The notes beneath the pieces were generated by a model. The model was not told the DNA's origin. It was given only the letters and a program-made list of their open reading frames with translations, and did no database searches. From NCBI GenBank assembly GCA_000708835.1, contig DF237039.1:62001-126000 (forward strand): a stretch of 64,000 bases of DNA. Direction: 5' to 3'. Positions 1-10,171 of this stretch are shown one piece after another (position 1 is the first letter of the stretch; every line of letters starts with the position of its first letter). A program made the translations under genes and the position numbers. This DNA comes from Klebsormidium nitens. Its lineage: Eukaryota; Plantae; Klebsormidiophyceae.

Positions 1-773
1 CCTTCAAACATGCTCTCCACCCAAACTGTCAACTGCATCAAATCTGTCCCCACGGTTCGCTGCCGGTGCAAAACGCTACAGTTGGTAGCCTCAACCGGCC
101 GGCCCTTTAGGAGGATTAGAAGCTGGTTTTTCACCGGTGATATTATTACCGGCTGGTTTGTTTTACGGGTCTGAACGACAGATGGTTCGGTTTGCGAAGT
201 TTGCAGCACGTTTGATGTCGGTCTGGCTAGATAGCTTCTGCGTGAACCCAGTTGGATGGACGGTTAAAATGGTTCCAACGTAAGAGCAATTTGGGTGAAG
301 AAGTTTTGGCATCCCTGCTTGTTTACACATAGTCTCTTCCTAAGCCAGAGGGGATTGAAAGGGGTGGAAGTAAGAGCGCGAAACTTCGAAGAACTCGGGT
401 TACATGACGTGGGTCAGATATTGGGAGTGAGCGGATGAGCCGGTCTGCTCAAGCTCGTGACAGCATCGCTGGCGCCTTTACTGCGGATAAATTGATTTGA
501 CAGACGCGTGGGTCGATACAAACGATTGCCGAAGCCGAAAGGAATCAAACGGGGAAAACGGGGAGCGTACGAATGCTACTACATCGAGATCCTGAGAAAG
601 TTATACAAAGGCGAACTCGAAGTGAAGTCAGAGAGCGGCCGTCGCAACTCGAGGCTTCTCTGCCCAAGTAGGAATCGCAGGGTTCCCGCCTTTGTGAAAA
701 TACTTGTCCCACAATTCCCATGTAACGACGTCCTTACTCCGGCCCTCTTAACCGTGACCCTGTTTCACTGCAG

Positions 774-2301
774 GCGATCGAGGAGAAGGTCCGCCAGCTG
801 TCCAACCAGCACGTGGTTCACCCAGGGCTCGACACATGGAAAAAGGCGGGGTACGGACGGAAGGCGATCAGTATAGAAGAGATCCCCGGCGTCAGGGAGG
901 CGGGCTGGCAGCCGGACCCCCATTCTCATTTGCGGATACGGCTGGTCAACACGGCAGGGGATCGTCCCCCCACCAAATCGTCGCTGCACGCATTCATGCG
1001 CTCAGTGTTGCGGGTAAGTTGTGCGAAGGGGTGGTGGGCTGGTTTGCTTGACTTGGTTGCGGGGACTTTTCCTTGGAATCCGCTTGTGGGCTGTATCTCG
1101 TCGAATTGGAGCTTCTCGGATTTTGGGTTTGTCGGCTTTCGGCGGTTAGATTTGGAAAGGGCGTGGTCTATGGTAAGAAGGTGAACCTGCTTCTGCAGGA
1201 AGTATCTCGACAAGTTCTAGGCCAGAAAGTCTCTCCTGCCGGCATCAAGCTACCGAATACCGTCAGTCTTGGGCACCCTTCTATCGTCGACGTCTTGCTT
1301 TTCCGGAGGAAAAACGGCTTGAATATCAGATCCTGTGACACGTGTGCTGATCTCAATGCACTTAAACTCTTGAGTGAAATTGGACACTTCCAGTCATATG
1401 GTTCTGCACTGCAATCACCACCTCTCGCGTCGTTGTCGGTCTGACACCTGTAAGGTAAACCTAAAAGAGCATGCAAATTGTCATATCCGATGCATTCAGC
1501 CGGAAGCTTGTCTCTGCAGGCGGTTGGAGATCACCCCGACGCGTGGCCTTTCAAGGAGCCAGTAAATGCGCGCGACGTGCCCGACTACTATGACATCATC
1601 AAAGAGCCTATGGGTGAGTCCGCTGACGTCGATTGGAAACCTGTTCTTTCTGGGGTTTGAGATTGCCGGCGAATCTGACGAGTAGATGTCAGATTAATCT
1701 GGCGCTGCGATTGACCAGGGCGCTTCTCGATTTCGTGTCGGCTTCTGATGTGCTCAGGCGCGTTGAAGTCAAGTACTATTTCTTTTCAAACCAAGTACTT
1801 GTGACACGGTCTCGTCAGCGGCGGCTGGAAAGTCAAGAAGAACAGAGGTCCACATTCATTTCGACTCAGGTTTCAAGATTCCTGACAAGGCGCTGTTGTA
1901 AGCATTCCAACAATGGTGACATACACAAACCCAGCGGGTGATTGAATGGCATATTGCTGCATCAAGCAAGGCCTATCACAGAATATCGCAGCCAGAGGCT
2001 CTGCTAAGACGGACCAACTGTGCAACTCTCGTGGTAATGAACTAGAATCGTAATTTTTCCAGACCTGAAAACGATCTCGCGGAGGCTCGACGGGGAGGCC
2101 TACTACGTCACGCTCGAGATCTTCAACTCGGACATGCGGCGCGTCTTTGCCAACGCGCGCATCTACAACGCCCCGGACACGATCTACTACAAGGCGTCGA
2201 CCAAGCTGGAGACGTTCTTCAGCCACCGCATGAAGGCGGGACTGCAGATCGGGGGCCGCCCGATGCCGAGCCACAGACCGGGGAAGGAACTGACTAGTTG
2301 A
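774..2301 (+). CDS. GCN5: Histone acetyltransferase GCN5/HAG1, 3' part (end of HAT region plus bromodomain); exons 774-1013, 1520-1613, 2063-2301; 5' exons lie upstream, probably outside the window
   Basis: Spliced translation [45 protein letters not shown]...LR|[31 protein letters not shown]|[44 protein letters not shown] matches the GCN5 IPGxREAGW motif and bromodomain; GT-AG introns with consistent phases; TGA at 2299-2301. Confidence 0.95.
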
Positions 2302-3013
2302 CGCTGGAAGCTGTTGCTTTTGATAATTGCTTTGCATGTGTCTGGACGGAGCTTGTCGTATGTGAGTGTACAGTTTCATGCACATATGTAGCCGCGGAAC
2401 TCCTTCTGAATCATAGTGCCCTTGGGCCCGGTTGTGAGACCGGGCATGCATGACGCCATGTTGCGGTTTGCACATAGTGGCAGGTCAGCTCAAGCGGACC
2501 CAGCTTAGAGTGAGCTTACACAGGTCAGATGGAGCATATTTTTCCTCAAGTGTTCTGCTAAACGTACCTTTCAAATGACCCGGCTACTACTGATCGACAT
2601 GATGTCGTGGGAATCATACAAGGCTTTGCGGTAAAATGAAAGCTATAGCTCGATCAGTAATCTTTGTCTGCATTGACATGTGTGCGGGCCCGCGCCAGCA
2701 TGCGTGACATGTCACTGCCAGATTACCGCGTGTACTCCACTGTACCACGATTCATAGTCTGGCACGATCCCTGCAGATAGTACACGCGGGTCGCCCTGTG
2801 CGCATGAATCTGCACACAATGCACCAGAACATGCAACATGTGCACAGGCCGCTTGCGCATGTAGGATAGGTTCAAGCTTGCGCAACAGGGCAGATGCCAG
2901 AGCGATCGTACAGTACCTACCACTTTGATTAAGCCTTAATCAGTAAGGACCACAGTAAGATTGATCATAAGTAACTACTTGCCCTGAATTAGTAATCTTT
3001 GTTGCCATATAGC

Positions 3014-6000
3014 TCAAATAGATTGGGGTGCTGCTTGGTCTGAAGCTCGTTCTCGTCCGTTGCCGTGTTTCAAATACAATCGATGCCGTTGAGTCAAGTG
3101 GCCCACAATCTTTTCCTCGATGTCCTCGTCCCTCGAGTCTCTGGTCAGAACAGTCTCTCCCGCAGCCTCAATGATAACAACCTGCACAGTACGAACAGCA
3201 TACTGGTCAACTGGTTGCTGTCCGTTCACATCTCAGGGAATCAAGGGCTGACGCAGAATTGACGTGTCTTTTCACAAGGATTGACAAGAGAGACCACGCA
3301 CCGGACCACTTCGGTGGCACCGAAAGGACCATGGTGAAGCGCCACAGATGGTCGGAAAAAGGATGTGCAGACCATTCAAACCAAGCTCAAGTGGTTTTCT
3401 TACAGGTCGTGTACACTGATAGAGTGGGGTGTTGCACTGCAACCGCAACGGTCAATAATCCCACATGCCGATCTCACGTTTCTGACATTAGTTCCCAACA
3501 CGCATTTTCTTCTGCTCTCGCGAGTAGGTCAGCTAACGACTGTCCTTTCTAAGCGTCCAAGCGGCTGCTTAGCCGACGAATCTCGACGCATCAGACGGCA
3601 GCTCTGTGGCTGCGTCCCTTGACGGAGCCCACTTCACCTCTGTTAAGGCCTTCAGGGTCTCCTTTAACAAGGCTCTCCAAAAGCGGAGGACCTCCAACCC
3701 GTCACGGCGCGTGAGCATGGTCCTTAGTTGAAACCGCTATTGGCGTAGCGCGGGTCCATGCACACCCTAAAATCGCAAGTGTTATCAAACGTCTGAAAAT
3801 AACGCTTGCTCTAACCCTCTCCTCCAAACTTGTGTTGCTGCAAACAAAGGTACCAACTCCTCACCTTATCCTTCCTCGTGTGCAACTCGTTTGCCACAAC
3901 GGCATGCACGCCATTCTTAAGGAGCGCCCCTTTCGCTTTTTGCATCAGCATGCCCATGTCCGTCTCCAACTGCAAGAAGACGGCGAGAATGTTGGATTCC
4001 AACTTTTAAGCACGTTGCGTTGGAAACCGTGGAACTATAATAGAAAGATCAGAGAACTGATACTTGAGACGGACAACGGGTTTCGAGCAGGCGTCTTTCA
4101 TAGTCGCGCGCCCTTGCGGCAGAGAGGCTGTGCTCAACCTAACAGAATGGGCAACTCCCTTCCGGCCTTATCGCAGCGCAAACATTGCTGCCGTCGACTA
4201 TAAAGCTGTGCATCCGTGCAAAGGTGGAAATGCGACATCATACTGCAACGCATAAGAGGGGTTTCAGAACACGGCGCGCTTGCCTTGAAGGAGACGACAA
4301 ACGCCTCGGGCGCCCAGCGCCGCCGCAGCAGGGGGATCATCTTCGGCACGTTGCACAGCTCCATGGCGAGGGGCCCGCCCGCAGACTGAATCTTGTGCTC
4401 GTGCTGCGAAGTTCAAGGGTTCACGGGTGTTGGTCGTGAAAAGTATAGCTTGCTCAAAAGGGTACTTGTAGACGAAAAGACTCAGTTGTTAGGTTGTGTG
4501 CCTCCCCGGCATAGAAATCTCAGTTCCAGGCCGGTCTCTGAAGGAGACTGCTGGGTGCCTCCTGCACATTTGACGATTTTCCGTCTGGGCTTTGTCAGAC
4601 CCAATTACCGTCTTAAGAGTTCGGGAAGTCATACGCGTAGAATGATTCAAGAAGAAGCAGCGAAGACTTCGGAGCGCGCGTTCCTACGGACTCGTAGCCG
4701 CGGGCTTATCATCGGCTCCGCGAATGAAGAAGCGCAAATTGCGAAGCGTGCATTCTCCGGGAGCTTTAGCCGCGGTTCTACCATTGTCTCCCCATGAAGA
4801 AAAGCACAAAATTGGAAGCGTGCGTTCCCAAGGAAACTTAGCCGCGCTTTTACCATCGTCTGCCAATGAAAAGAACCGCAAATTCCAAAGTTTCTCAGGA
4901 AAGTTTGTCGGCGGGCTTACCATCGTCTCCCAGGGAACGTAAAAGTCAGACACTGCGGCCGCCAGGTAAAAGAAGGCGCGCTTCCCGAAGCCTTCTAGCA
5001 ACGACCCGACCAACCCCAGCATCTGCAAACGACGTCAGCTCACGTCAGGTAAGCTCGGCGAGATGGTTCCACGCCATCGGTCCTCACCTGGGAAGCTTTT
5101 TGTCAAGAGTGAGTTTCAGAAGACGGTGGCGAGCCTTGCGTCTCAAGGTCGTGACAATGCGTTTCTGCGGTTATGGAATGCACTTGAGAACACAAGAAAC
5201 CAGAGGCTTCATTGCCCTCGGCCGGAAGTATGGCTGCGCAATGCTGACGAGGGGTGGCTATGGGAGACAATCTTCTCTTTCCGTCGAAGGCACCGATTGA
5301 ATGTCACAGACGAGGAGGCGAAACAAAGGAAGAACGAGAAACCGAGGTCCAACGGACAAATTTTCGCTCGCTTATGATCCTATCAGCAGAATTTACAGAT
5401 CGTGTTCTCCGTAAAATCTTCTGAACGAGTACAGTTGGGCACATGCTCCAAACACGTGCAACTCATGCCATATTGACGTCAGTGGGTGTAGGAAAGACCA
5501 CCACCCGTGACCCGTTCCCAAACAAAACCTAGGGCCCCATGCGTAAACAGCAGCTCGGGGACGGACATTGCAAGGATCCGGCGAAGCGTTTCTTCACTGA
5601 ACAACCGTGAAGGGGTTGCGCTTATGAATTGGCTCACAGACGCTGTAATCAACCATGAGTTCATCTTGGAGTCGATGAATGGTAGCCACGTCCGAGCTTC
5701 CAGAGACCAAAGCCACGAACACCGAATCGACGGACGAAAGAGACGCAAGCCCCCTGCTAAAAATGGTTATGAGCACTTACTTGCAGATACTCGAAGAGGG
5801 TGGTGAAATGGAGGTGGAGAAGCGTCCCGTCAGCAACGACCTGTCGTCATATCAGTGGAGGGAACACATAGTCAGCGCTTCTTCCGTGCGACTTTCTGCA
5901 TGTTGAGAAAGTGTTGAATGGACATTTGACACAAAGATAAGCGCACGATTTCACTCGGAGCAGATCAGCAATGGTTTTGTGATCAGTTCGCGTTGGCCCG

Positions 6001-8646
6001 CCAGTAGTCGACAACGTTAGAATGACAATTATATTGCGGAAGCAGTGCCTCATTGAGTGGTTTTCTATTGGTTTTTCCTGAAGGAACGACCAGACCTCGA
6101 CCGATTGTACGCTTATATTAATCTCAAAGTCAATCTAGCGTTGAGACAGTAATGTTGCGATCGGACGCGGACTACAACGGAGTCTTGCTCCACTCTGGAC
6201 CCTTCTGACCAATACCAGGACTGGCATATTCGACTAGCATCACAGCCTCGAGTGAGGTACTCTTCCTTGACGCAGTGCATGAAGTTGTTCAATGATCTTA
6301 ACAAAGTGCATACGAGCTACAACATTTGTGCACTACAAACGGAAATGTTAGGTTGAACAATCCGCACATAAAAGTGGACATCGCGGAACATGTTTGACGC
6401 CAAGAGGGAAGAAAACAACTTCTTTGGAACTAACCGTGCTGTGAGCTTTTAATGCGGAGAGAACTGTCTGCTCGTACTGGGGCCGAGCTGCGAGAACACT
6501 GGCGAGGCGTCAACCAAAGGGCACTAGTTTTCGTTGTTTGCTCTGGGCTTGGCAGCTTGGAAAGTCGTAATCAACCAACGACATAATAATAATGGCTGCC
6601 GAAGCCTTAACACCAAGCTTCGGTTGCTTCAACCAGATACACTAAAGTCAAGCCCTCCCCACCCAAACGACTTTTTCGAGATCGACAAAGGATGCTGAAG
6701 GATTAAGCGCACTTCTCCTCGTCACTGAATCCTTCCTTCACATTTCGAAAGGGCTACGAGCGTCCCAAAAGCAGACTTCCAATGGGGGATTCCTCAATCA
6801 TTGACTTAAATCTGGCCAGAGTAGAATGATGTGTCTTGAGAACCCTTGAGAGTGCCCTCCGGAAAATCAGAACCGGGACGGATGCTTCTTAACGAATTTC
6901 GCCGACAGTATTGCCTGTCCTTCCTGCGAAGTGCGACTCCCGCAAGAACATAAAACGTCCATTGGGGGGTATCACCCGCCCAACCCGAAGTTGGCTTAGC
7001 CAATGCAAGGATTCGGCGCAACCGGTTGAAAATGTGGCGTACAGCTATTGAGACTGCACCCTGAAGTCTTGATAGCAAGGTGAAAACAGCAACGGACGAA
7101 CAGGAAGTTTGATCCCGGTGTGTACGTCAAACTTGAAAGATAGAGGAATCATCAAACAACGCAACAGAGAGCACAAACGAAAAGCACACCCGGAAACACT
7201 GACCATGTAAGGAGCCATCCGGCGCCGTCTCAAGGCAGTCAAGAAGGGGCCGCTCGGGGAGGTCCCGACAGAAGGGCTGTACAGAACCCCTGCGCAAAGT
7301 ATTGAAGCCAAGGTGAGTGCCTCGCTTAACTCACAAATTAAGCTGGTTCAGAGCTTGTCGCACAGGGTCTCTCTGGGTTTAGCTTTAACGGAAGGCATCA
7401 ACCGATTTGCAGGAATGGCCACAAGACACTTCCAATTACGGAGGAAGGCAGGAATTTGATCAGCCCATGGTAAGACTCATCAGGTTGCATGCAGTGTCGC
7501 AGCTCAGAAGATTCTCATTGCGTCCGCTGAGAAGTTAGGAAGGGATGAGAGATGGGAGCCTGCCTTACGTGCGGCTCAGAAAGATGACAGCATAACCTGA
7601 CTTCAAGAAAAACCTGCAACAAGAACGAACTGCTTTCAGGTTTTGAAGCACCCGAAGAGCCGCTTTAGCAATGAGCCACTTTGGTAGCGCTCTCTCAACT
7701 GAGCTTGACATGTCGTCTTCAAGCACCATGGGTAATCCTTCTTTCTCAACTTCACCAGGACTGTTAAGATACTATTGAAGGCGGGCTTGTCACGCATATC
7801 GATCAAAACACTCTGGCAGATGTGTAAGCCTTTGGGGCGGTGCCACTATGATCTGCCTGAATTGATTATTTGTAACCACAGGTCACAGTCAGAGCACAGG
7901 GGCAACTACAAAGAGGGTGAAGCCCTCCAATCGCGCCGACATCTGCCCCCGACCAGCTCAAATTTGCATAAGTGGGGGCCGCCAACAATTTCTTTCCAGT
8001 TTCCAAACAGCCGTTGAAAAATGAGTAATTGGGGGAAAACTGACTCGGTGGATGCTGCCCCACGGTTCCCTGCGCTGAAGTTGTCAATGAATCTGACGCA
8101 GCGCCTTTCCAGGGGGACAGTGGTGCCCCCCGAAGTGACACAGACAATGGGCCGCCCTTTCTCTGCAATACGTTGCTGATGTTTATTTGTTGAGCAATGG
8201 ACTTGCCGCCTTGCGTTAGATCTCTCAGCTGAGCTTCGGCAACTGCGAGTGAGTGACTCGTTCGCGGTTCGGTTTCAAACGAACTTTACAGACTTTTCAT
8301 CCTGGAAAAGTTTGCAGGTTGAATTTGATGATTTAGATCAGAAGCGCACCCGTACCACCAACAGATCGATTTTGCCTCCATAAGTCAAATTGTACTATGG
8401 CACCTATTCAGACACTCTTCCCCAATCAGGGCAGCAGAGTTGGACTCGAATTTGCCCAGCTAAGTAACCAAGACAATTGTAAGACAATCGCAGCATTTGC
8501 AGCTGGTTCCATATTTGCAGGGCCATACCTGAGCGGTTTTGCTTGTAAACAAAGGCTTTGAGCTGTGCAATGACATCGCTTTCCCCAGAAAGCGGTGGTG
8601 CAGCATCAAAGAAGCGCTCTGCCGCCTGCAGAGCATCAGGGTCCAT
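3014..8646 (-). CDS. PPCS: Phosphopantothenate--cysteine ligase (CoA biosynthesis), 10 exons: 8646-8529, 8162-8045, 7613-7569, 7289-7204, 6487-6435, 5840-5781, 5022-4921, 4403-4284, 3969-3865, 3181-3014; about 324 aa
   Basis: Motifs [78 protein letters not shown]|[12 protein letters not shown]; exon sum 975 nt keeps frame; intron 3970-4283 is GC-AG. Confidence 0.96.
4640..4931 (-). repeat. Degenerate ~71-bp tandem array in a PPCS intron; each unit copies the end of exon 7 plus its donor site
   Basis: Minus-strand real junction GGGAGACGATG|GTAAGCCCGCC (4931-4910); copies GGCAGACGATG GTAAAAGCGCGGCT (~4864-4840), GGGAGACAATG GTAGAACCGCGGCT (~4793-4768), CGGAGCCGATG ATAAGCCCGCGGC (~4720-4697). 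Confidence 0.8.
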
Positions 8647-8799
8647 TGCTTCACAGTCAGAAGACGTCTCCATTGCAACAAGGACCAATATCAGGGAGCC
8701 AATGAATGCAACAGGCGCTGTCTTGGAAGTTGTACCTCTGCGCCGCTGTGCCAGATCACATTGACGTTGTTTGGCTGGTGCCAGTGCCGCAAAACGTAC

Positions 8800-9158
8800 A
8801 AAGTTTGCGAATAGAATTTGGGAGAATCGGATGCGGACGGTACCGGACCAAATATGGCAGCGCACGGTATGCACCGTCGCTTCTAGCGCGGTACCTAGCC
8901 GCAGAAGCAACCGGGCACTCGTGGTGACTTAGGGTTAAGTCAAAAAGCAGTGACGGTATGTTAGGGTTACGCCACTTCCCTGTGACGGTTTGTTAGGGTT
9001 ACGCCCCTACCCTGTGACTGCCCTACGATTAGGGTTCCTACTAACGGCTAAGCCACTGACCTTAGGGTTCTGGTGTATTCTTCCTACTACCCGAGCACTT
9101 TCTAGTGTTCGAACAGGCTGTCCGCGTCCGATTCTCCCAAATTCTATTCGCAAACTTT
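8800..9158. mobile_element. Putative non-autonomous element with 39-bp terminal inverted repeats and an internal ~33-bp array carrying TTAGGGTT
   Basis: aaagtttgcgaatagaatttgggagaatcggatgcggac (8800-8838) is the reverse complement, with 1 mismatch, of 9120-9158; TTAGGGTT at 8929, 8961, 8993, 9029, 9062; no clear TSD. Confidence 0.55.
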
Positions 9159-9365
9159 CCAGTGGCGACGAAATCATGAAAGCGGCTTCACGCAACCACA
9201 GCTGGCTGAGGACTGGCATTCATAAGCTATGCAGACGACTTTCGGGCTATAGCGCGTTTTTTCCTCCAGGTTCCGGCGCGCCAAGGGCCGTAGAATCACA
9301 AGTGCCCAGAGGCAAGACCGTTTCATGAGTATTTAATCTGGTACATATTAGCGCGTTTTACAATA

Positions 9366-9572
9366 CCGTACCAATTGTCCGGTTGGGCAACAATTAAATA
9401 TTTTTTGACTTGCCCAAAAATCTGAATTGAAAATAAATTCCAATCAAGGATTTGCAGATCATTTTGCTCCGTTAAAAAATCAAAATAAATGCATAAATGA
9501 AGCTGCCCAAAATCCCTGAGATACGAAATTAATTATTGGGCAAAAATCTGCCCAACCGGACAATTGGTACGG
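9366..9572. mobile_element. MITE, Tc1/mariner-type (TA target-site duplication)
   Basis: Perfect 24-bp TIR ccgtaccaattgtccggttgggca (9366-9389) / tgcccaaccggacaattggtacgg (9549-9572), flanked by TA on both sides (9364-9365, 9573-9574); AT-rich non-coding interior with extra tgcccaaaa motifs. Confidence 0.8.
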
Positions 9573-10171
9573 TAACCTGGACGGTATTAGCTTTGGTACT
9601 GGTAATCCAACTTCAAGCACTGGCCAGCGGATTTTGATATTTATGGCCCCAACAGATCGTTCTAGCCGTCGGCTTCGTTTCGAGGGCTCAATCTATGCCA
9701 CGCGTCACGCGCTTGAAGAATTGATCTCCTCAGCCCAGGCGCTGTGACTGTGACTTCGACTGTATCAGTGCCAGTGTATTAACTCTGAGTGAAAGCTGAC
9801 GTCTGCTTTCAAGAATTTCGTGCACCTTGCTGCTTGACATAGCAATTCTCGTGCATTGCGCAAAGCTCCCCCTTCTAAATCCAAGCTCCAGCCACGAGCT
9901 AGCCGAAGCTCAAACCAAACACCAAGCTGATCCACTAGCCCTGCTTTCAGCCACCTCCCAGCTGTTTCCCTCCCTCTTTTGCCTCCTCAACACATCGGGC
10001 GGGCGGCTAGCCCCCACCCCCACCGCACGCTGATGACGGAAACCCTTGGAGCAGGAACCCTGGCAGCTTACGCTGCACCTGATCACACCGCAGGCCGCTG
10101 GACGAGAGCCTCGAGGCTCCTGTGTAGTCGTGACCGTTGCAAAACCAACGGAGAGACGATACCTCACGAAA

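Noticed and set aside
508-876. 122-aa basic ORF as a gene
   Set aside because: It starts at GTG inside a GCN5 intron, overlaps the 774 exon out of frame, and has no motif.
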